Of a DNA stretch of 64,000 nucleotides, positions 15,859 through 24,002 are shown piece after piece. Origin of the DNA: Chloroflexota bacterium (GTDB taxonomy: Bacteria; Chloroflexota; Limnocylindria; Limnocylindrales; CSP1-4). Each line of letters opens with the position of its first letter. Within the stretch, counting starts at the first letter, position 1. Position numbers and translations under genes: made by a program. The notes beneath the pieces were generated by a model, which saw only the letters and a list, made by a program, of their open reading frames with translations, made no database searches and was not told the DNA's origin. The stretch spans positions 45,610-109,609 of the forward strand of contig PMIP01000053.1 of the NCBI GenBank assembly GCA_003158295.1. The letters are read 5' to 3'.

Positions 15859-16100
15859 CGGTCGGGGTCCGGGCCGGCGGATCGTCCGTCACGAGTCTGA
15901 GGCGCAACGGCACGGCTGATGCCCGGATCTCCCCGCGACACGAAGCCCGTGAGGCGACGTTCCAGCGTCCTCCGATCCAGCAGGACGTGGCGACCGCAGC
16001 CGCGGCAGCGCAACCCTATGTCGGCTCCGAGCCGGTCCACGAGCCACTCCCGGCTGCCGCACGGATGAGTCCGGCGGAGGGTCAGCACGTCACCGAGCAT
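15855..16100 (-). CDS. DUF951-like small zinc-ribbon protein
   Basis: MLGDVLTLRRTHPCGSREWLVDRLGADIGLRCRGCGRHVLLDRRTLERRL matches the DUF951 pattern (HPCG...GADI..C..C). The start is uncertain; the track ORF extends to 16259. Confidence 0.6.
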   Translation of the reverse strand: MLGDVLTLRRTHPCGSREWLVDRLGADIGLRCRGCGRHVLLDRRTLERRLTGFVSRGDPGISRAVAPQTRDGRSAGPDPDR

Positions 16101-16284
16101 GAATTCGACGACCTGGGGCCCAGACGGGGACACTAGGCCGGCCTGCGACGATGGGTCGTGATCGGATTGCTCATCGAGGCCGCTCAATCTATCAGAGCCA
16201 GGGGCGCGCGTCGCGGCCGCTGGCCCGCTGGGGTGGGCAGGCCGAGACTGGAGCGGCACGCATCGGGCCGCCCTCGACGAGGCG

Positions 16285-17679
16285 CTAGGAGGGCGGCCGG
16301 GCCGGAGGCGTTCTCCCTCCCTGGGCCTGCATTTCCAGGAAGATGCCCACCCCGAGCAAGATCAGGCCCACCAGAGCGATGACTCCGGCGAGGGGGGTTG
16401 GGTCCGAGCCGGTAGGGACGCTCCCCTGGCCGCCCGGCGGGCTGGAACCGGGTGGGTTGGAACCGGGTGGGTTGGAACCGGTCGCACCCGGCGACGAAGG
16501 TTCGAGCGGAGGCAGGGTCTGCGTCGAGCCCGTCCAGCCCGGCGGAATCGGCCCCGTCGGCGCCGGCTGCGGGCCGTAGGTGGCCGAGGCGGCGACGCTG
16601 TTGTCGGCCAGCCAGGCCTTGTTGAACGAGCTCGTGTCGACGCCGAGCGCGGCCGTGAAGGCCTCGTCGTCGGTCGCGCCGCTGCCGTATGCCTTGACGA
16701 GCTTCTGGATCGCGGACTTCCCGTACTTGCGGACCATGAAGTCCACCGCCGAGACGGACTCGGCGTAGGAGAGATATATGCGTGCCTGGTCGAGAGCGAA
16801 GTACCCTGCCAGGGCTGGGAGCGGAACGAGGCTCCCGTCTTTGGCCGCTCGGGAGACCAGCTGGCGGTTGTCGCTGCCGTAGCCTTCGGAAAGGTAGACC
16901 GCCAGACCCTCGTTCAGCCACCGAGGCGGCGAGTGGTAGGGATTGTCTGTGATGTCGCTGAAGACGATGTGGGTCAGCTCGTGAGGGACGACCGTGCTGC
17001 CGTAGGCCAGATCGCTGGGGGCCACCAGGGCGAAGCAGGTGCGGTAGGTCGTCTGGGTTTGTCCGCCGATCGTCTCGGGGACGCTCAGGCCTCCCTGGAA
17101 GGCGCTCTGACTCGGGTAGACGTAGAAGTCGACCGGCTTGGTCTCATTGATGCCCAGGAAGGCGGCCGACTTGGTGAATCCCTGCTCGCCGTACGCGAGT
17201 AGCTGCTGGGCGTACGCGTCCGTTCCCTGGAACCAGTGGATCGTGACCAGCTTGCCGGTCTTCGCCTTCCATGCGAACCGGTCGTCGGCGTAAGTGACGT
17301 GAATGTCGGGGCCGGCCTGGACCGTTCCGTCGGCGAAGACGGCCTGGAAGTGGGCCGTCAGGGGCTGGAAAGGAGCAAGATCGCCACCGGATGTGTCCAG
17401 GGTGTACGTGAGCGCGGTCGATCCCTGACTCTGGAGCGCGGAGACCGAAGGCCCTATGTCGCCGGGCAGCTCGATGACGATCTGCGCCTGCGCGATTCCG
17501 CCGCCACTGTAGGGCTGGGTGAAGACGATTCCCTTTCCGAACGTGGACTTGGCAGACGGAGTCCCGAACGCGACGGACGCGCCGCTGGCCACGCCCGGAG
17601 CCATCAGCACTGCGACGACGGTGCAAAGCAGGACGGCCACGGCGGGGCGGAGCATCCGCCGGCGTGAGAGCGGCCTCAT
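16285..17679 (-). CDS. membrane-anchored zinc metallopeptidase (Peptidase_MA_2-like gluzincin)
   Basis: ATG at 17679 overlaps the SBP stop (ATGA). Has a signal peptide, HELTHIVF...WLNEGLAVYL (HExxH plus a downstream Glu), a Pro-rich stalk and a C-terminal TM segment. Confidence 0.8.
   Translation of the reverse strand: MRPLSRRRMLRPAVAVLLCTVVAVLMAPGVASGASVAFGTPSAKSTFGKGIVFTQPYSGGGIAQAQIVIELPGDIGPSVSALQSQGSTALTYTLDTSGGDLAPFQPLTAHFQAVFADGTVQAGPDIHVTYADDRFAWKAKTGKLVTIHWFQGTDAYAQQLLAYGEQGFTKSAAFLGINETKPVDFYVYPSQSAFQGGLSVPETIGGQTQTTYRTCFALVAPSDLAYGSTVVPHELTHIVFSDITDNPYHSPPRWLNEGLAVYLSEGYGSDNRQLVSRAAKDGSLVPLPALAGYFALDQARIYLSYAESVSAVDFMVRKYGKSAIQKLVKAYGSGATDDEAFTAALGVDTSSFNKAWLADNSVAASATYGPQPAPTGPIPPGWTGSTQTLPPLEPSSPGATGSNPPGSNPPGSSPPGGQGSVPTGSDPTPLAGVIALVGLILLGVGIFLEMQAQGGRTPPARPPS
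16444..16482 (-). repeat. in-frame 15-bp tandem repeat (about 2.6 copies) encoding GSNPPGSNPPGSSPP
   Basis: GGAACCGGGTGGGTT repeated, located within the peptidase stalk region. Confidence 0.6.
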
Positions 17680-19301
17680 GACCCCGAACCCCACGTCAGG
17701 CCCGCGTATCGCACCAGGCCCTGGCTGTTCGGGAACGCGCCCAGCAGACCCTGGGCGGCGAGGGAGTATCCGGCCCCGTAGTCGACCGGGATCACCGGCG
17801 CCTGGTCCGCGACGACCGCCTGAGCCTGATCGAAGGCCTGCTGCATCGACGTGGCGTCGGTGGCCGAGAGCGCTCGCGAGACCGCCGTATCGAAGTCGGC
17901 GTTCGTCCAGCGGCCGAAGTTGTTGGTCTGGCCGGAGCCAAGGAGAAGCCCCAGGAAGTCGTTGGCGCCCGGGTAGTCGGCCACCCAATCCATCTCCCAG
18001 AAGGCCGGCGGATCGGTGAGGAGGCGCTGGTTGTAGCTCGCCCAGTCGAGTGCCTCGAAGGAGATGTCGATGCCCAGGTTGTCGTGGAGCTGGCGCACGA
18101 TGGCGCCGTCGAGGCCGGAGCCGCCGGTCACCAGAGTGACGCTCGGAAAGCCTGCGCCGTTGGCATAACCGGCCGCGGCAAGCTCGGACTTAGCCTTGAC
18201 GAGATCCAGCTTGGGACCGAAGTCCGTGGCGCTGTGGCCCGGTACGCCGTCCGGGACCATGCCGGTTGCCGGGACGGTAAGGGGGTTCGCGAGCAGAGCC
18301 ACGATGCGGTTCCAGTCGATGCCCAGAGCAAACGCCCGCCGCACGTGGACGTCGTTGAAGGGAGCCTTGGTGGTGTTGAAGCCGTAGAACTCGATCGAGG
18401 GGGACGGCTCGATGCGAAGCGACGGGCCGAGCGTCTTGTCGTATGCGATCCAGGTGGCGTCCCCAACGGAGATAGGGGTGTAGTCGAGACCGCCGGCCTG
18501 GAACATATCCACCGGGCTGTTGCCACCGGTAGAACTCAGAAGGTGGATGGTGCCTATGGCCGGCTTGCCCGCCCAGTAGTGCGGGTTGGCGGTGAGAGTC
18601 GTCTCGGTGTCCGTGAGGCCGCTGAGTACATACGCGCCGCTACCAACGAAGCTGCCGGGCTCCAGGAGGCTCGGCTTTGAGTCGAGGTCTGGCGGCACGA
18701 CCGCCAGCGTGGGGCTGGAGGCGATCGACGGGAAATCGGCTGCGGGGTTCGCCAGGTCAACCTGGACCTGTGTGGAGCTCGGCGCACTGATGCCGACCGA
18801 CGAGGCCGGCCCGCTCCCCTCTCGGTACGCGCGGGCGCCTGCGACGTCATCGAGCAGCGAGGCCAGCTGACTGGGCTTGGCAGGCGCGAGGACCCGCATC
18901 CAGCTCTTGACGACGTCGGCGGCGGTAAGGGCCCTGCCGTCCGAGAACGTCAGGCCGGGTCTCAGCTGGAAGATCACCCGCTTCCCGCCCGCCTGCGTCT
19001 CCCAGCTTGCAGCCAGGGCCGGCTGCAAGTGCTGGTTGGAGTCGACGGCCGTCAGCGACTCGAATAGCTGCGAGACCACTTCAGCGCTTCCGGCGTCCGA
19101 TTGGACGGCCGGATCAAGAGACGCAGCGGCGGCGCCCAGGATGGTGACGCTGTTGCGAGCCGCAACGGCTGGCGAGGCGTGCCAGGCCATCCCTACGATC
19201 ACGATGACGGCAAGCGCAGCCGTTCCGCACACGAGGACGAGGCGGCTCGGCCGGTCGTGTTTCGACCCGGCGGGAACGGTCCACGGACGGGCGTACGTCA
19301 C
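17676..19301 (-). CDS. ABC transporter substrate-binding protein, family 5 (peptide/nickel type), orphan
   Basis: 541-aa ORF with a GTG start and an N-terminal TM/signal segment. Typical SBP_bac_5 features are present (TFSDGRALTAADV, ANPHYW). No permease or ATPase genes are adjacent. Confidence 0.85.
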   Translation of the reverse strand: MTYARPWTVPAGSKHDRPSRLVLVCGTAALAVIVIVGMAWHASPAVAARNSVTILGAAAASLDPAVQSDAGSAEVVSQLFESLTAVDSNQHLQPALAASWETQAGGKRVIFQLRPGLTFSDGRALTAADVVKSWMRVLAPAKPSQLASLLDDVAGARAYREGSGPASSVGISAPSSTQVQVDLANPAADFPSIASSPTLAVVPPDLDSKPSLLEPGSFVGSGAYVLSGLTDTETTLTANPHYWAGKPAIGTIHLLSSTGGNSPVDMFQAGGLDYTPISVGDATWIAYDKTLGPSLRIEPSPSIEFYGFNTTKAPFNDVHVRRAFALGIDWNRIVALLANPLTVPATGMVPDGVPGHSATDFGPKLDLVKAKSELAAAGYANGAGFPSVTLVTGGSGLDGAIVRQLHDNLGIDISFEALDWASYNQRLLTDPPAFWEMDWVADYPGANDFLGLLLGSGQTNNFGRWTNADFDTAVSRALSATDATSMQQAFDQAQAVVADQAPVIPVDYGAGYSLAAQGLLGAFPNSQGLVRYAGLTWGSGS

Positions 19302-19409
19302 GGAGCGATCCGCTTCGATGCGACTGGATCCAGGGTCAAGCCTGACATGGCGGGAGTATAGGGTCGCCGCGCCAAAGACACGGAGAAACCTGACTCCGCG
19401 TTCCGAAGC

Positions 19410-22100
19410 CTAGTTGGTCCGATTCGCGCGCTCCAGGGCCGCCGACGCGACGGCCGTCAGCTGCCCCAGGGCTCTCTTGCCGGCTGCCGCAGCTGCGGCC
19501 GGAACCACGAGCCCTACCAATCCCGCCACGCTCCCGACGACACACAGTGGCGCACCGATCAAGCGGGCTTCTGGCCCTGAATCCTCCTGGAGCGAGCCCG
19601 CTTCGAGAATGCGCCGCCACATGCCGCCGTTCGAGCGGAGCGTGGGCGCGCGCCGCTTGAACAATCCGGACGCGGCCACGATCCGCAGCCCCGGCTTCGC
19701 GGCGCCGGCGGAAGCACGCCGAATGGCCGACCCCGGCACGGGAGCGGCCGGCCTGGGCTCCAGGTACGCCACGAACGCATGCGTAGCCCCGCAGAACGCG
19801 GTTGCGTGGCGAACGGTCAGCTGGGCTACCTCCTCGCGTGTCGTTGCGCCAGCCAGGTCGCGGGCGGCTTCCACCAGGGCGTCGACGCTGGGCCGGCTCG
19901 AGCGAGCGGACTCCACGGCCGCGGCTCCGGCTGCACCGGGGTCGCTCCGAAGCCGCTTCGCCCTGTACAAGGCCGCGTCGGCTGCCTCCACGAGTGCCGT
20001 GTTCTCTCGCCCATCGGTCGGCCAGTGAGCGGCCCCGATGGATGCGCCGACGTCGATCCCCATGCCGCCGACGGGAGATGCCCCGACGCTCTCACGAACG
20101 GCGACGCGGACACGAGCAGCGACCTCCTCTGCGTGGTCGCTGGATGCCCCGATGAGGAGCACGGCGAACTCGTCGCCGCCGTAGCGATAGGCGCTGTCGT
20201 TCTGGCGGATGGCGCTGACGATCGCCTTCGCCACCACCTCCAGGAGCGTGTCTCCCGCGGGGTGGCCGTAGGCGTCGTTGAAGGCCTTGAACGAGTCCAG
20301 GTCCATCATCAGCAACGAGAACGGCTTGCCCGCCTCGATCACCGATGAAAGGTCGCGCTGGAACGTGCCGTGGTTCCGCAGCCCCGTGAGAGCGTCCAGA
20401 TCGGCGCGGGTGGCCATGGTGACGTGGGCCTCGGCGTTCTGCAGGGCGATCGACGCCTGGCCTGCGAACAGCTTGCAGAGCTCGAACTCGTGCTCGGTGA
20501 AATGCGTCTCCGGACCGCCCAAACGGGTCAGGTTCAGGCTGCCGACTACGTTGCCGTGGACTCTCAGTGGGACCACGATCATGTTCTGGGTGGTCTGTAC
20601 GTCCCCGTCGACGCCGCGGTCCGCTCCCGGAACAGATGGCTTGGCGTCCAGCCCGGGACGAACCGCGTTGTCGAGGCCTGCGGTCAGGGCGCTCTCGCCG
20701 ACATCGTTGGCGCAGACGGCGTCGCCGCGTCCGATGACCCAGCTCGTGAGCCCGTCGTCGAAAGAGGCGCTGTCCGGAGTTGGGTCGATGATCTCGCCCG
20801 AGTCCGCCCGGGCCAGGACCGGTTCGATGCGGCCGGCCACACCCTCCCGGCGATAGATCGTCAGACGGTCGTAACGGACGACCTTCCCGATCGTCTCCGC
20901 GATCTGTTCGAGGACTTTGCGCGGATCCAGGGTCGAGACCAGTTGCTCGCTCAGGTCGAGAAGTCTTCGCTGGGCGACAAGCTGTCGCTCGAGCAAGGCG
21001 TGCTCCCGCTCGAGCTGCTCGATGTTGTCGGCGTTCACCATCGCCTGCGCCGCATACCGGCCGAAGATCGAGAGTGCCCTCTCGTCGTCCGGGCCGTACC
21101 TGCCGACGCCTTGCTTGGAGACGACCAGGACCCCCTGCACGGCATCGCCGTAGGACATGGGCACGAGCAGCATCGATTCCGGACCGGAGCTCGAGCGGAA
21201 TATGGAGCGCCGTTCAACGGAGGCGTCGGGGATGATCAGCGGCTCGTTGCGCTTGGCGACCCAGCCCGGCAGCGTCTCGGTCTGGCCGGCCATCAGAGTC
21301 TCGAGAGGCGGCGACTCGATGCCGGCGAAGGTCCCCGACGCGGCAACGGGCCTGAAGAACTGGCCCTGCGGGTCGAGTCGGTAGACACGAACCGTGTCAC
21401 AGTCGACCAGGAGACCCATCTCGGCCACGATCGCCTGGCCGATGGCGGCGACGTCGCGGAGCTGCGTCAGCTTCAAGCTCAGTTCGTGGATGGCGGTCAG
21501 CCGGTTGGCCAGCGACCCAACGGAGGCGTACAGGCGTGCGTTCTGCAATGCCGTGGCCAGCTGACCGGCCAGACCGGTGGCCAGGCCAAGGTCCCGAACC
21601 GTCCAGGGATGGGGCTTGCGATGGATCACGACCAGCAACCCGAGATTCTCTCCTCCGATGCGGCACGGGACGCCGGCCAGCCCGACGATCCCCTCGGCTT
21701 CCGTTACGGACCCGATCTCTTCGGTTATCGGGTTGGCCTGGTCGTTGAGTGGCACCGCCACGAGTGGGGTCTCGGGCCAGCGCTGCATGATCGACTGGAG
21801 CGGCATGGCCGCCTGGCCGTCCAGCGCCTCGAGAACCTTCTCCGAAACGAATCGGCTGGCCGTCAGGATCAGAGAGTGGTCGGCCTCCTCGCGCCAGAAT
21901 GCCGCCCCATCGGCGGCCAGGACGAGTTCCACCGAGGCCAGGACCTGGTCGAAGACGCGCTGTCGCGCGGCCATTTCGGCCTCACCGTCGAGGAGGTCGC
22001 GGTTGAGTGCGGGAGTGTCGGCCGCGGGGTGGGCCTCGCCTTCGTGCGCCCGTCCCTGCGCCGGTCGACCGGCATTGTGCCCGGAGTGGGGGCTCTCCAT
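19410..22100 (-). CDS. multi-GAF sensor diguanylate cyclase (GGDEF) with an extra C-terminal GAF-like region
   Basis: Several GAF-like segments are followed by DALTGLRNHGTF...RYGGDEFAVLL. About 200 aa follow the GGDEF domain. Confidence 0.85.
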   Translation of the reverse strand: MESPHSGHNAGRPAQGRAHEGEAHPAADTPALNRDLLDGEAEMAARQRVFDQVLASVELVLAADGAAFWREEADHSLILTASRFVSEKVLEALDGQAAMPLQSIMQRWPETPLVAVPLNDQANPITEEIGSVTEAEGIVGLAGVPCRIGGENLGLLVVIHRKPHPWTVRDLGLATGLAGQLATALQNARLYASVGSLANRLTAIHELSLKLTQLRDVAAIGQAIVAEMGLLVDCDTVRVYRLDPQGQFFRPVAASGTFAGIESPPLETLMAGQTETLPGWVAKRNEPLIIPDASVERRSIFRSSSGPESMLLVPMSYGDAVQGVLVVSKQGVGRYGPDDERALSIFGRYAAQAMVNADNIEQLEREHALLERQLVAQRRLLDLSEQLVSTLDPRKVLEQIAETIGKVVRYDRLTIYRREGVAGRIEPVLARADSGEIIDPTPDSASFDDGLTSWVIGRGDAVCANDVGESALTAGLDNAVRPGLDAKPSVPGADRGVDGDVQTTQNMIVVPLRVHGNVVGSLNLTRLGGPETHFTEHEFELCKLFAGQASIALQNAEAHVTMATRADLDALTGLRNHGTFQRDLSSVIEAGKPFSLLMMDLDSFKAFNDAYGHPAGDTLLEVVAKAIVSAIRQNDSAYRYGGDEFAVLLIGASSDHAEEVAARVRVAVRESVGASPVGGMGIDVGASIGAAHWPTDGRENTALVEAADAALYRAKRLRSDPGAAGAAAVESARSSRPSVDALVEAARDLAGATTREEVAQLTVRHATAFCGATHAFVAYLEPRPAAPVPGSAIRRASAGAAKPGLRIVAASGLFKRRAPTLRSNGGMWRRILEAGSLQEDSGPEARLIGAPLCVVGSVAGLVGLVVPAAAAAAGKRALGQLTAVASAALERANRTN

Positions 22101-22190
22101 AGCGGTCCTATTGTGGCGCGTCCCGACCGCCTCGGTAGGGGTCTGGTCGTAAGGGCCGGCACGGGCTCGAGGTCCTACCGATGGGCCGGG

Positions 22191-23108
22191 TCAGTCGACC
22201 CGGCCGCCGCTCCTCGAGCCGACCTCCGCCGAGTTGCCGCTCTGGCCCTCACGATCCGCGCCGTGATGGGTGTCGTCCGCCTCATGCGGGTGCGTGTGGG
22301 CCAACGCTCCGTGGCCGTGGAGATGCTCGTGGATCAGGTTCGCCCGCACCAGCAGAGCCGTATCGGCCAGAACGGCTGCCGGAGGTCCGTCGGCGATGAC
22401 CCGTCGATCCTCTCCCAGCACGACGACCCGGTCGGCGATGATCGGCACGATGTCGAGTTCGTGCGTGGCGACGACGAGGGTCCGCCCGGACGCCGACAAA
22501 CGCTGGATCAAGTCCACCAGGAGCCACTTGGTCCGCGGATCCAGCGAGGCCGTTGGCTCGTCCAGCAGCAGCACATCCGGACGCAGGGAGAGCACCGAGG
22601 CGATGGATGCCCGCTTCTTCTCACCGCCGGACAGTTCGAACGGGGCTCGATCCGCGAGATGAGCGATCTCCATCGCGGCCAGGGCTTCGTTGCAGCGCTG
22701 CTTGACCTCTTCCTGGCTCAGGCCCAACTGGAGCGGCCCAAAGGCCACGTCGTCCAGGACCGTCGCGCTGAACAGCTGGATGTCCGGGTCCTGGAACACG
22801 AGACCCACCTCGCGATGGAAACGAAAGCCATCCTCGCCCTGAGCGACGGCGGCCACGTCTCGACCGAGAGCTCGCATCGTTCCGTCGGTTGGCCCCACGA
22901 CTCCATCCAGCAGCTTGAGCAACGTCGACTTCCCACTGCCGTTCGCGCCCAGAAGGACGACTCGCTCGCCGGGCCATATCTGGAGATCGATGCCGTCGAG
23001 CGCAACCTGACGGCCGGCGTAGACGTATCGGACGCCCCGCAGGTCGTAGAGCGGCTCGCCCGGTCCAACCGGGGCCGCCGCGACTGTATGTTCGAGACCG
23101 GCGGTCAT
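22191..23108 (-). CDS. cbiO: ECF/CbiO-type transporter ATPase with a His-rich C-terminal tail
   Basis: Walker A GANGSGKST, signature LSGGEKKR, Walker B LLLDEP. The tail reads HEHLHGHGALAHTHPHEADDTHHG. Confidence 0.85.
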   Translation of the reverse strand: MTAGLEHTVAAAPVGPGEPLYDLRGVRYVYAGRQVALDGIDLQIWPGERVVLLGANGSGKSTLLKLLDGVVGPTDGTMRALGRDVAAVAQGEDGFRFHREVGLVFQDPDIQLFSATVLDDVAFGPLQLGLSQEEVKQRCNEALAAMEIAHLADRAPFELSGGEKKRASIASVLSLRPDVLLLDEPTASLDPRTKWLLVDLIQRLSASGRTLVVATHELDIVPIIADRVVVLGEDRRVIADGPPAAVLADTALLVRANLIHEHLHGHGALAHTHPHEADDTHHGADREGQSGNSAEVGSRSGGRVD

Positions 23109-23980
23109 GGCAGCAGCCGCCCGACCAACACGGCGGCCGCGGCCACGACGGCGACTCCCGCCAGCGCCGCCACATCCGAGGTTCGGAGCCTGTACGTGGC
23201 GTAGGTGCGGATCTCACCCGCGAAGCCCCGCGAGAGCATCGCGGCGTAGACGTCGTTGCTCATCTTGAATGCCCGGCTCATCAGGTTGCCCATGGTGCCC
23301 GTGATCCAGCGCCGCTGCTCTCCGCCGCTCGTTCGCCCCACCACGCGGCTCTTGCGCGCCAGGAGGATCCCATTGGCCGTGTGCAGGAAGAGGAAGATGT
23401 AGCGGTAGGTCATCGACAACACGAGCACGAAGACCTGCGGCACCTTGAGCGCCCGCAGGCTCTTGAGGACGTCGGCCCAGGGCGTGGTCACCACCAGGAG
23501 CACAGCCAGCGAGACCGAGACGCCGACGCGGCTGACGAAGATGAGCGCTCCTGCAAGGCCGTTCCACGAGGGCGCCAGGTGGGCCGGTCCGAGGGCCAGA
23601 TCGAAGATCCGCGGTCCCGGGACGAAGAAGATGGCCGGCAGGACCACTACTCCGGCGAAGAACGGGATGCCGAGCCAGACGCGCTTCACGAAGAAGGCGA
23701 ACGGAACCCGGCTGGCCCGCGCCGCGGCGAGAGTGCCGGCGTAGAGAAGCGCCAGCCCGGCAACCGACGTGGTCAAGCTGGCCGCCAGGATGGCCGCCAG
23801 CAGGCCGATCATCTTGGCTCGCGGATCGCGCCGCTGCAGCCAGCCGTCGGATCTGGCGTGGTGCTCGGTGAAGATCGCCTGCTCGATGTTGCCGGTGATG
23901 CCGCCCAATGTGCGCTCGAGCCAGCCGATCCGACCTTCGAGAGGCCGGCCCCTTCCGACGGCCGGCGCGGCAGTAGTCAT
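23105..23980 (-). CDS. cbiQ: ECF transporter transmembrane (T) component, CbiQ family
   Basis: Internal ATG at 23980 (MTTAAPAV). Multi-TM protein with a conserved Arg-rich loop (ARKSRVVG...AMLSRGF). ATGA overlap with cbiO. Confidence 0.8.
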   Translation of the reverse strand: MTTAAPAVGRGRPLEGRIGWLERTLGGITGNIEQAIFTEHHARSDGWLQRRDPRAKMIGLLAAILAASLTTSVAGLALLYAGTLAAARASRVPFAFFVKRVWLGIPFFAGVVVLPAIFFVPGPRIFDLALGPAHLAPSWNGLAGALIFVSRVGVSVSLAVLLVVTTPWADVLKSLRALKVPQVFVLVLSMTYRYIFLFLHTANGILLARKSRVVGRTSGGEQRRWITGTMGNLMSRAFKMSNDVYAAMLSRGFAGEIRTYATYRLRTSDVAALAGVAVVAAAAVLVGRLLP

Positions 23981-24002
23981 GACCGAACCCCCATCGCCGC
24001 AG

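Noticed and set aside
20370-23204. 944-aa plus-strand ORF spanning the diguanylate cyclase, cbiO and cbiQ regions
   Set aside because: It is antisense to three minus-strand genes that have clear conserved motifs. Its translation is Arg/Gly/Pro/Asp-rich with no recognisable domain. Long stop-free antisense frames are expected at about 70% GC.
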